A model generated the notes under the pieces. That model saw nothing but the letters and a program-made list of their open reading frames with translations. It made no database searches and was not told the origin of the DNA. 64,000 nucleotides of DNA from the IMG/VR virus record IMGVR_UViG_3300046517_002304, positions 1 through 64,000 of that record; one strand, 5' to 3'. Below, piece by piece: positions 20,122 to 28,616 of this stretch (positions are counted from its first letter, which is position 1; each line of letters starts with the position of its first letter). The position numbers were made by a program, and so were the translations under genes.

Positions 20122-20150
20122 TTGCTGAAACAGTTTTTTTCGTGTAAAAT
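20122..20150 (+). promoter_or_regulatory. Sigma70-type promoter (divergent)
   Basis: TTGCTG-N17-TAAAAT upstream of AAGGAG and ATG 20176. Confidence 0.6.
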
Positions 20151-20175
20151 ACTCAAAATTCAACAAGGAGATAGC

Positions 20176-20709
20176 ATGAAGAAGCCAGTAAAGAAGAGTG
20201 TAAGAGAAAAAAAGACGAAAATTATCAGCAACGAAAAATGTCTGATGGTGAAGCATGGTAATAAACAGTATTTTACGGATGAAAAAAACTACCCAATGTT
20301 GATTGAATTCGGCAAGAAATTTGACGCCGAAATTTCCGTCGTAAAGGTAAATGAAGCCGAATTGCTCATTGATCTGCAAACGCTCGCGGAATGTCTCTGC
20401 AATCCAGATTATATCCCATCCAAAACAGAAGTCAATGTAGAAGTTTTAGAATCAAGACTGCTTCCAAAAAAGAAAATCATAGTAGAAAAAGAACAATCCA
20501 AATCTACCGTGGAAGATGAAATGGAAAAACTGCTGCGGTCTGGCAAGCCGCTGGCAATCGCAGAACTTTACGCCAAATGGCAAGACATAGAAGACGGCGA
20601 TTACCAAAAGGTTTACAACAAATTTATAAAAATTAAAAGCACGCTAATAAAAGAAGGCTACTCCATTGAGCGTGTTCGCAAGGGAATTTACATCGCAAAG
20701 AAAGCATAA
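20176..20709 (+). CDS. Hypothetical protein, possible C-terminal winged HTH
   Basis: C-terminal LIKEGYSIERVRKGIY wing-like segment. Confidence 0.6.
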   Translation: MKKPVKKSVREKKTKIISNEKCLMVKHGNKQYFTDEKNYPMLIEFGKKFDAEISVVKVNEAELLIDLQTLAECLCNPDYIPSKTEVNVEVLESRLLPKKKIIVEKEQSKSTVEDEMEKLLRSGKPLAIAELYAKWQDIEDGDYQKVYNKFIKIKSTLIKEGYSIERVRKGIYIAKKA

Positions 20710-20711
20710 GC

Positions 20712-20867
20712 ATGGAATTAATCACTGATTTATTATCGGGAAACTATTCCACCGTTCAATTTATGTGGAATTACTCAGCTTTTTACCGTATTCAAATAAT
20801 TTTATTTGCGATAGTCGTACCGTGTTTACTTATTGCGTTTATAAATTCATTTCGCAAATGGAAATAA
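20712..20867 (+). CDS. Small membrane protein (51 aa)
   Basis: Manual translation MELITDLLSGNYSTVQFMWNYSAFYRIQIILFAIVVPCLLIAFINSFRKWK fills the gap exactly. Confidence 0.6.
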   Translation: MELITDLLSGNYSTVQFMWNYSAFYRIQIILFAIVVPCLLIAFINSFRKWK

Positions 20868-20868
20868 T

Positions 20869-21360
20869 TCAGATCAGCTTCTTCTCACCGCTGAAAAGAA
20901 TTTCTTCTCCAAAATGATGGTCTATAAAAGAATGCTCTACGCCACCACGGCGCAAGATGTCTAGGCCAATCTCTACCGGCATCTTCCATCGCTCTGGTGT
21001 ACTATCGTACATGCTTTTAAGTCCAATCACTTCTCGGACTCCGCATTCTACAATAGCGCGAGCGCAATCTGGACAAGCAAACCAAATGCAGTACAGCGTA
21101 GAGTCTTCAGAGCCAGACTCTCCCCATTTAGCAGATGAATATAGAGCAACTCTCTCAGCATGCTCCATTATATTCATTTTTTCATCTCTGGTTAGCTTAG
21201 ACACATCACATGGAATGGTAGGGCGATTATAGCCATCATACCAAGCAATTCCGCCGGGACAATTTGTTACTAAGACTGATCCATTCTGAGTGGACGGATC
21301 AGGGCTTTTCTGTGCATTATTAACCGCCCGCAGCAACCAATCTATATGAGATTTTTCCAT
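20869..21360 (-). CDS. dCMP deaminase
   Basis: SPDPSTQNG, GYN, HAE and CPDC Zn motifs. Confidence 0.9.
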   Translation of the reverse strand: MEKSHIDWLLRAVNNAQKSPDPSTQNGSVLVTNCPGGIAWYDGYNRPTIPCDVSKLTRDEKMNIMEHAERVALYSSAKWGESGSEDSTLYCIWFACPDCARAIVECGVREVIGLKSMYDSTPERWKMPVEIGLDILRRGGVEHSFIDHHFGEEILFSGEKKLI

Positions 21361-21363
21361 TGA

Positions 21364-22539
21364 TTATCCGTCCAATTCTTGTTCATCAACAATATCTTGC
21401 TCTGCTAATGTACTCTGGGATGCAGACGTAGCCTTGCCAAACATATCAATATAATACTGCACATCTGATACATCTTCGGCATCTACAAGCTTAGGGCATT
21501 GTAGCAATACTTCAGCGGGCACATCATTTCTCTCTTGGCTAGATTTAAAGCTAACTTCTTCTCCCCCCGTATATTCTAAACCAACCTTATAGTTTCCTTT
21601 TGACCCAGTTATTCTTCCTGATCTTACTAAAGAATCTAGCATGCCTGAAAATGGAGCAATGCCCATATCAAAAAACAAAAACATAGATTCAACATTTTGA
21701 AATGGCTTAAAGCATTTGTTCTTAACGTTAGAGACATTAACTCTAATACCTATAACATTGTCTAACGAATCTTTAATGCGCTTTGATGCCCTAGTTTGCA
21801 TTCTTAGGCTCGCATAGTAAGGAATTGACGTACCGCCGGTTGGACTTTCTGTCGGACCAAACATTACGCCTATCTTACTTCTTAGCTGGTTAATAAAAAT
21901 TACACTAACATTATTTTTATCTAATACACCGCCTAATACACGAAGCTGCTCTGATATAACTTTTGCGCGCTCCCCTGGACGGGTTACCCCGCCGCCTGCG
22001 GCCTTACGAGCCGCTAGTGATAGGTCCATCATATCCACTTCCACGCTTTCACGCTCACTAGGACTAGCTGCGATTGAATCATAAACTATAACAATCGGTT
22101 TTTCCTTAGCAACCTTTTCTCGTAATACGCGAATAATAGTATGAATCTTAGCAAATCCTTTTTCTAAAGAATCAACTTTTACTATAATTGTTTGCTTCGC
22201 TGACAATCCCGAAACCTTAATGGCAAATTCTTTTGATAAAGAATTCTCTGCATCAATGAAGACCCCAATTCCCCCACACTTTTGAACACCGCGCAGAATG
22301 TTGGTAGCAAATAAAGTTTTGCATGACGACGACATTCCAAACAACTCTATAATTCGTCCGCTTGGTACTCCCCCGCCGCAAAATCGGCCAGAGCACGCAA
22401 AATTAAGAGCAAGATTTCCTGTATCAATCCATGTAGATACACTATCAATCTTATCTAAAATATCTCCGCCAATATCAGCGGCCAATCCTTCAAAATCAAC
22501 TTCTACTTCGTTTCCTTTATCAATTTTCTTTTTTGCCAT
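21364..22539 (-). CDS. uvsX: RecA/UvsX recombinase
   Basis: DTGNLALN, GRIIELFGMSSSCKT, FIDAE, YDSIA, INQLRSKIGVMFG, KNK. Confidence 0.92.
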   Translation of the reverse strand: MAKKKIDKGNEVEVDFEGLAADIGGDILDKIDSVSTWIDTGNLALNFACSGRFCGGGVPSGRIIELFGMSSSCKTLFATNILRGVQKCGGIGVFIDAENSLSKEFAIKVSGLSAKQTIIVKVDSLEKGFAKIHTIIRVLREKVAKEKPIVIVYDSIAASPSERESVEVDMMDLSLAARKAAGGGVTRPGERAKVISEQLRVLGGVLDKNNVSVIFINQLRSKIGVMFGPTESPTGGTSIPYYASLRMQTRASKRIKDSLDNVIGIRVNVSNVKNKCFKPFQNVESMFLFFDMGIAPFSGMLDSLVRSGRITGSKGNYKVGLEYTGGEEVSFKSSQERNDVPAEVLLQCPKLVDAEDVSDVQYYIDMFGKATSASQSTLAEQDIVDEQELDG

Positions 22540-22549
22540 TACCTATTCC

Positions 22550-22828
22550 TTATCTTAATTTAATTAAACCATCATCTACTTCAAAGCTAATTTGAGTCTT
22601 GTCATTCTTAATGACCGTAATATGCGCATTCTTTCCTTTGCCGCGAATAATCTCTACATCAACCATACCGCTAATACTCTGCCCAGACTGGGTAAATATC
22701 TTGTGGTATCGTGAAATAGAACAACGTACTCTAGAAACATGGCAGTGCTCTGGATCTACTTCTGCCTCTTTAATAATAGAATTAATGTTAGTCAGCTTGT
22801 TAAGACCTTCAAATTTCATCTCTAGCAT
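22550..22828 (-). CDS. Hypothetical protein
   Basis: 92 aa in a coupled run. Confidence 0.6.
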   Translation of the reverse strand: MLEMKFEGLNKLTNINSIIKEAEVDPEHCHVSRVRCSISRYHKIFTQSGQSISGMVDVEIIRGKGKNAHITVIKNDKTQISFEVDDGLIKLR

Positions 22829-23091
22829 GATGCTTTCCCTTTTTTAACTTTGCCTCTAAAAACTTTCATCTCAACCATAAACTTGTCACAAAACTCATCA
22901 AAAAAATCATCTATATTAAAATTATCTTCATTATAAACTAATCTTAACAAAAGATGCTTTTCAATCTTGCCGTCTTTATTTTTCTTTGACACTGGTCCAG
23001 CGACCATATCAAATGGAGTGTCGGCTTCCTTTACAAATTCTAAACTCTTAATCATTGATGTCGCTATCAATTCTATCTTGCCGCACTTCAT
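22822..23091 (-). CDS. Hypothetical protein
   Basis: 89 aa in a coupled run. Confidence 0.6.
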   Translation of the reverse strand: MKCGKIELIATSMIKSLEFVKEADTPFDMVAGPVSKKNKDGKIEKHLLLRLVYNEDNFNIDDFFDEFCDKFMVEMKVFRGKVKKGKASC

Positions 23092-23260
23092 TAATTAAAT
23101 CAGATAGCATCTGCTGCATAGACTGACATTCGTCATTGCTTCCTGTAGCAAAAAATCGCCACTTATCAGCACAATAAATCTCTAAACAACTTTCACACCA
23201 AGGTTCATCTTCTGTTTCAACAATTCTAATTCTATTCATTTTTGCACCTCTACGAGCCAA
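23048..23260 (-). CDS. Hypothetical protein
   Basis: Short ORF; true start may be MNRIR at the ATGA overlap. Confidence 0.45.
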   Translation of the reverse strand: MARRGAKMNRIRIVETEDEPWCESCLEIYCADKWRFFATGSNDECQSMQQMLSDLINEVRQDRIDSDIND

Positions 23261-23475
23261 CCAAGGGGATTTCCAAAAAACCTCGCCGGAGCATTGTGGG
23301 GAATCTTAAGCACTTTATTTAGATCGCCCCACTCAACTGAAAGTTTTCTAGAACTTCCTTTTCGCCTAAATTCTATTCGGTCATGATACATCGTAACAAT
23401 AACCGGTCCTTTAACTCCAAAGTTATCAGAAACCTCTAACTCTCTCTTCACCGGCTTTTCAAGCTTTGTGGCCAT
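23236..23475 (-). CDS. Small basic hypothetical protein
   Basis: 79 aa, AAGGA SD. Confidence 0.7.
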   Translation of the reverse strand: MATKLEKPVKRELEVSDNFGVKGPVIVTMYHDRIEFRRKGSSRKLSVEWGDLNKVLKIPHNAPARFFGNPLGWLVEVQK

Positions 23476-23492
23476 GATAACTTTCCTTTATG

Positions 23493-23557
23493 AACTCGCC
23501 ACTGAAATTATTATAAAAATTCACCTCCTCAGGGCATCAGTGGCGAGTTTGTTTTTT
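23493..23557. repeat. Perfect 13-bp inverted repeat with 31-nt loop containing TCACCTCCT, followed by a T-tract
   Basis: AACTCGCCACTGA (23493-23505) / TCAGTGGCGAGTT (23537-23549). Confidence 0.9.
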
Positions 23558-23654
23558 AAAGTATGTTAACTAAAGTAATTCATTATAAATAACAAGCATA
23601 GTGAATTTTATCATCTGTCTATAGCCTGTTTAAATCATTTCAATAGCCAATACT

Positions 23655-24560
23655 TTATAGGTCGTCAATATTAATATTCTTCAAAAAATCGTCGTCTGTA
23701 AGAGCCATGTCTACGTCAGCAGTAGCAAAATCTTCCTTCTTAGACGAAGAAGCGGCCACCTTTGTAACTGTAGCTGGTGCTTTATCAAATGGAGCACGCT
23801 CCACTTTTACAGACTCATCAACCTCTAGACCGCGAAAAATATTTACTTCTTTTAATAGAACGTCAAACGGCTGTGGCTTCTTCCAAGAATTTAGATCATG
23901 GCATTCAGCAAGCCACTCCTTGCAAACCTTCTTATCCTTATGCAAGGGACTTGCGTCCATAAATTCGCTACTCTTCCAGTTTGGATATTCACCCTTAAGT
24001 TCTCGGACGCAATTTAGATCACGGCCAGTTTCAATATCCGTAATATCGCCGAAGCCCTTCTTGTTAAGAAGTGGATTGCCTACGATTGACTTGATAATGT
24101 AAGTGTGAAGTTCTTTTCCTGCACTCAAAATCTTATGAAAGACATCGTACTTTGCTTCGCCCTTTTCGTCAATTTCCTTGCGGACAACAACATTATAGAA
24201 ATAACGTTCAACTGGCTTAATAGAACGAGCCTGTGCTTGTAGTTCTTTTACTTGATTTTCACTTAGATCAGGATTCTCTGACTTCTTCCATAGCGAAGAA
24301 TAAAATTCGCATACTGGACACTGACCCTGCCACATTCCACCGACTAAATTCTTTGAGCACTGAAATCGCTTACCGTTAATAGTATGATTTCTAATAGCCA
24401 CATAAATTGTATCGTTATCATGGCTAGGAGGAAGAATGCGAACTATTGTGCTGCATTCGCCAGGCGGGAAGCGAACAAAGTCCTTAAGAAAATTCTTATT
24501 CTGTCCATTACCTTCAACTCGCTCCAACTCGCTCTTAAATGCTTCTAAATTAATACCCAT
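23655..24560 (-). CDS. gp32-like single-stranded DNA-binding protein
   Basis: VRILPP, H..C..CPVCE Zn site, RYFYNVVVR, DITDIETGRD, acidic tail; start MGINLEAF after GGAG. Confidence 0.85.
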   Translation of the reverse strand: MGINLEAFKSELERVEGNGQNKNFLKDFVRFPPGECSTIVRILPPSHDNDTIYVAIRNHTINGKRFQCSKNLVGGMWQGQCPVCEFYSSLWKKSENPDLSENQVKELQAQARSIKPVERYFYNVVVRKEIDEKGEAKYDVFHKILSAGKELHTYIIKSIVGNPLLNKKGFGDITDIETGRDLNCVRELKGEYPNWKSSEFMDASPLHKDKKVCKEWLAECHDLNSWKKPQPFDVLLKEVNIFRGLEVDESVKVERAPFDKAPATVTKVAASSSKKEDFATADVDMALTDDDFLKNINIDDL

Positions 24561-24645
24561 TTTCTTCTCCGTATTGTTAAAAAATTGTTTCTTGATAGTA
24601 CTTATATCGTCCTGGTTTTTAAAACACATTATATAATTCTGAGAA

Positions 24646-25194
24646 TTATTTACAATCTTGTGTTTTTGCCATTAGCTTACCAACAGAATCTTTGCAAAAA
24701 CTTGCCTGTCTTCGTTCAATTAATTCAAAAATTACATTAACTAGCAAATTTTGTTCCGTAAATGATTGAGTTAATTCATCGCATACAAGCGGATCTTCCG
24801 TCAAAAACTTAAACCCAGCATCTTTAAACTTCTGCATCTCGCTCTCAACCGATTCTGTAGAATATGCACAATGATGTACCCCGCCAATGTTACCTCTATT
24901 AGCAACATATTTTGCTACGATGGACTCTGGATCGGAACTAGAAGAAATAAACAAATCTGGCATAGTCTGATACCTAATTCCATCATGCTCAATAATTCTA
25001 GGAGCGTCCTTTTTATCTTTTAGTCCTTTAGGCATCAAGACCGTGCATTTCGTACTTTGCGTGCTTCCATCAGGAAACTCGGGTTCAAATTTATCTGCTA
25101 TCTCATAACCAAACAAATTAACAAACATATCGCAGGCTGCGTCATGATTATTGCGGTTGATACGAAAAGCAATATGGTCTAAAGAATTAATCAT
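24646..25194 (-). CDS. VOC-family protein resembling the HPPD C-terminal domain
   Basis: LDHIAF, GGVHHCAY, LTQSFT, FELIER..F (H/H/E metal triad). Confidence 0.75.
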   Translation of the reverse strand: MINSLDHIAFRINRNNHDAACDMFVNLFGYEIADKFEPEFPDGSTQSTKCTVLMPKGLKDKKDAPRIIEHDGIRYQTMPDLFISSSSDPESIVAKYVANRGNIGGVHHCAYSTESVESEMQKFKDAGFKFLTEDPLVCDELTQSFTEQNLLVNVIFELIERRQASFCKDSVGKLMAKTQDCK

Positions 25195-25245
25195 TTATTT
25201 CTCCTTGTGTACATTTATCGGAAGATATAAGAAAATATATTAGCC

Positions 25246-25764
25246 TTATTTTCTGCGATTTAATGGCTTACCAGAATCAGGAATAATTGGCCCGTCATAA
25301 TAAATTTTTCCATCTTCTGTCGGACTAAACGCCTTGTCCAAACCAGGGACCGCCGCAACAAAATAAATAGGATCTGCAACTATGGCAATCCCGTAATCAT
25401 TTACAACTAAATAATTACCATTGCTCATATCTTGTATAATAGGATATGACTTGCCAATAGTAAATCCTTTTATAGGACTTCTTCTACCTATCTCTTCCGG
25501 CAAAAAAACCTCTCTTCTTATTACTTTTGCCTGCTTCCTATTTGTCTTAGGCAAAACATCAACCTTAATTCCTGAATCATACTTCTTCTTTTTTTCTAAA
25601 TCGCTCAATATTTCATATGCATCGCTCACTTCTCTAAATTTTACGGTGGACGTACCATTATTGCTATCAGGATGATATTTCTTTGCTAGTTTTTTATATG
25701 CTCGCTTAATATCATCCTGTGATGCCGATAATGACAGCTCTAATATCTTATAGAGATCAGCCAT
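25246..25764 (-). CDS. J-domain protein fused to a shared SH3-like module
   Basis: DLYKIL..IKRAYKKLAKKYHPD..AYEILSD. Confidence 0.9.
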   Translation of the reverse strand: MADLYKILELSLSASQDDIKRAYKKLAKKYHPDSNNGTSTVKFREVSDAYEILSDLEKKKKYDSGIKVDVLPKTNRKQAKVIRREVFLPEEIGRRSPIKGFTIGKSYPIIQDMSNGNYLVVNDYGIAIVADPIYFVAAVPGLDKAFSPTEDGKIYYDGPIIPDSGKPLNRRK

Positions 25765-26471
25765 TACCGTCTCCTGAGCGGCTGCATGGAATCTTGAGTT
25801 TCAGGAATAATCTCACCGCCATACTGGAGTTTATTCGCCTGCATCATCTGATTTCGCATTTCAGCTTCACGACCCTGGATGTACTCGGCGCTTTCCGCTA
25901 TAGGTCCATCAAATATAATGCCTTTTCCAATACTACTAAAATATGCGGCATTTACAGCCATTTCCATGTTTACATCATTCACTACTACGTAATTTCCAGC
26001 ATCAGTTTCTCTAATAATTCCGTACTTTCTACCAGGAGTTAAATTTCTAATCGGACTAGCTCCAGCTATATCAGGCGAAAATACTTCTTCTCTAATAACT
26101 TTAATTTTAGGTTTTGGAGGAGCGACCGGAACTGGCTTGTCAACAACATGTGTTACAAGCTGCGGCTTGTCTTCCTCCGCAGTAATTCCGCCATCTACTA
26201 CGCCACTCACACTAAATGAAAACTTACGATTTTTAATCACAATGCCATCTTTAGTTTCTTTAAACGAAACCTTACGCTTAACATATTCATATGGCTCAAC
26301 GTCAACAATAAAAATATCTCTACGAGCTAACTGCGATGCAACAAAACTAGCAACCTGCTCTAATGGGACTTCTTCCTCTTTCTTTCCCAGTGTTTTGCGC
26401 ATAGTATGGTCTTCTGTGTCATACCTTCCGCTTTCCAATCTCTTATGGTAATGAAATATTAGCTCAAACAT
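25764..26471 (-). CDS. Hypothetical protein carrying the shared SH3-like module
   Basis: C-terminal half aligns by eye with the J-protein C-terminal half. Confidence 0.75.
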   Translation of the reverse strand: MFELIFHYHKRLESGRYDTEDHTMRKTLGKKEEEVPLEQVASFVASQLARRDIFIVDVEPYEYVKRKVSFKETKDGIVIKNRKFSFSVSGVVDGGITAEEDKPQLVTHVVDKPVPVAPPKPKIKVIREEVFSPDIAGASPIRNLTPGRKYGIIRETDAGNYVVVNDVNMEMAVNAAYFSSIGKGIIFDGPIAESAEYIQGREAEMRNQMMQANKLQYGGEIIPETQDSMQPLRRR

Positions 26472-26480
26472 ACTTTTTCC

Positions 26481-27071
26481 TTATTTAGTAATAATACCGA
26501 CACCATACCGAGTATTAAATTTTTCAAAATTTCTATTTCTAACCTTACAAAATACATTAAATATTTCTGGATTAACGTCAATGTAATCTACTACAAATAT
26601 AACATCATAATTTAGTACATCCCAAGCAAAATTCAAGTATTCGCTCATTTTTTCCTTATCTTTTTCTCTTATAAAAACAATTTGCGGCCGTTGATCTTTG
26701 ACTAATTTCTTGAACCCTTCATCTAATTGCCCATAATAAAAGTAAAATTTGTCCTTGTAAACACGTCTTATGTTATGCCTAGTCATGTTATCTGGGTAAT
26801 AATCATTTGTCTTATTTTGAAATGCTGTAAAACTCTTGACACTGGGACATCCGCACAAAAAACTACCACTACATATTCCTAGTCCTAATCCAAACTCTAC
26901 ACAGCTACTCGGGGTAATATCCTGTCCTAAGTAGTAATAAAACGGCAAGTACATCGGATCAGAAAGCTCTGAACTTTTATAATCATTTTCGCTATTAAGG
27001 CTAAATTTATTCAACAATACACTTGCAATATTATTTTTTTTAAGTTTTTGGCGGATTTTTTCACAGTCCAT
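26481..27071 (-). CDS. Methyltransf_24-like protein, degenerate
   Basis: YYYLGQ..PSSCVEFGLGLG resembles 30768..31367 but lacks the IDGxH motif. Confidence 0.55.
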   Translation of the reverse strand: MDCEKIRQKLKKNNIASVLLNKFSLNSENDYKSSELSDPMYLPFYYYLGQDITPSSCVEFGLGLGICSGSFLCGCPSVKSFTAFQNKTNDYYPDNMTRHNIRRVYKDKFYFYYGQLDEGFKKLVKDQRPQIVFIREKDKEKMSEYLNFAWDVLNYDVIFVVDYIDVNPEIFNVFCKVRNRNFEKFNTRYGVGIITK

Positions 27072-27104
27072 AAATTTATCATAGCGAAAGCAGCTAAATA
27101 TTGC

Positions 27105-27830
27105 ATGATAGAATGCATCCAAGTGTGTGTGAATTACGGAGATTTCTTAGCCTGGACCCTGCCGTTTAACCGAATGCAGTTTGATAATATGGTAATTGTC
27201 ACATCGGTAGAAGATACCTTAACTCAAAAAATTTGCGAATACTGGCATGTTCGTTGTATAAAAGTAAGAATCAATAAAGATGAAGGTTTCCCAAAAGGAA
27301 AACTAATCAATATCGGGTTAGAAAACCTAAAACAAACTGATTGGGTTGTTCATATGGATGCGGACATCTACCTACCCCCGCACTTCAAGCGAACTATGGA
27401 AACCATTACATTAGACAAAGATGCAATCTATCATATGGATAGAATGAATTGTAGTAATTTTGCCGACTGGATTCGCTTTCTACAAAAACCATTAGTGCAA
27501 CATGAAAATGATATTTTTGTTCACTCTGGCCCATTTCCTACCGCGACTAGAGTGGCCAGCCTAAGCCGCGACGGAATTATAGCTATTGGATTTTTTCAAT
27601 GTTTTCATCAAGGTACTAAAAACCTTAAGTATAATGAAGAACATACAAGCGCAGCAAGAGGCGACATGCTATTCGGCATGAAGTTTCCAAGAGACAAAAG
27701 GCAATTCTTACCAGAATGTATTGCTATTCATCTTGAAACTAAAATAAAAGAAGGCGAACCACATGGACAAAACTGGGATGGACGCAAGACTCCACCATTC
27801 ACTATAGATGGACCGTCCAATGCAAAATAA
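27105..27830 (+). CDS. GT-A/GT2-like glycosyltransferase
   Basis: KGKLINIGL, WVVHMDADIYL (DxD), GFFQCF. Confidence 0.75.
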   Translation: MIECIQVCVNYGDFLAWTLPFNRMQFDNMVIVTSVEDTLTQKICEYWHVRCIKVRINKDEGFPKGKLINIGLENLKQTDWVVHMDADIYLPPHFKRTMETITLDKDAIYHMDRMNCSNFADWIRFLQKPLVQHENDIFVHSGPFPTATRVASLSRDGIIAIGFFQCFHQGTKNLKYNEEHTSAARGDMLFGMKFPRDKRQFLPECIAIHLETKIKEGEPHGQNWDGRKTPPFTIDGPSNAK

Positions 27831-28131
27831 CAAAAAGCACAATCCGGAACTACTCAATCACATAACCGTTCGTCATAAAAACGAAAAGGTGGAATTTGTT
27901 TACTTATCAGAACAAAAAAAGGACGCCAAAAAAACGTTTCATCAACTATGCCATCACTTTGATGGGGCTGGATATAATCCATGCGTAATCAATGATGAAA
28001 ATGGAAATCAATTAGCTAAGCTTATATCGGTTTACACCGGCAAGAAAGCCAAGTCAGCATTAGGTGATTTCTGGGGCGGATTATTCCTCGGAGCAACGGT
28101 CACTGCTCTTATTGTTATATGCATACTATAA
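27820..28131 (+). CDS. Hypothetical protein with C-terminal TM helix
   Basis: FWGGLFLGATVTALIVICIL. Confidence 0.6.
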   Translation: MQNNKKHNPELLNHITVRHKNEKVEFVYLSEQKKDAKKTFHQLCHHFDGAGYNPCVINDENGNQLAKLISVYTGKKAKSALGDFWGGLFLGATVTALIVICIL

Positions 28132-28616
28132 TGTTAAATTTCACAGAATGGCTCACTTTTAATGAAGGTCTAAAAATTATAAACGTAGACCCAGAAGAAG
28201 ACTGGGAAATGGGACAAGAGGCAGAAAATATCGCTCACAAAGTCAACATACACATTTCTAGAAATAAAAACCTAACCCTAGTAGCGCTAAATGATCAGGA
28301 AGAAGTAATAGGAGCAGTCTATACTTCATATGAAAAAGACCACAGCGCATCAGAAAATGCGGGCGAGGAAATGTTCCATTTTGATTTTGACGTGGTGGTA
28401 GATCCTAGGTGGCAAGGATATGAAATGGTAGGAATAAAACTAATAAAGGCCGCAGAACAGGAAAGAAAGCATTTAGATATTATGTATGGCCATAAATCAT
28501 ACACCAGAACATGGGTTGTGAACCCGCGATTAGCTAAAATACTTCAACATCCAAGGTTTGGATATGAATCCGAAGGTGAACACGAAGGCGGATCTCACCA
28601 CCTAACAAAGTATTAA
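28131..28616 (+). CDS. GNAT-like acetyltransferase with capsid-targeting-like N-terminus
   Basis: VVVDPRWQG...VGIKLIKAA (motif A), VNPRL..FGY; starts MLNFTEWLTFNE. Confidence 0.65.
   Translation: MLNFTEWLTFNEGLKIINVDPEEDWEMGQEAENIAHKVNIHISRNKNLTLVALNDQEEVIGAVYTSYEKDHSASENAGEEMFHFDFDVVVDPRWQGYEMVGIKLIKAAEQERKHLDIMYGHKSYTRTWVVNPRLAKILQHPRFGYESEGEHEGGSHHLTKY

Noticed and set aside
23500-23545. Hammerhead-like core on the minus strand (CUGAUG..stem..GAA)
   Set aside because: It reads CUGAUGC and GAAU rather than CUGAUGA and GAAA, and the CUGA is sequestered in the 13-bp stem.
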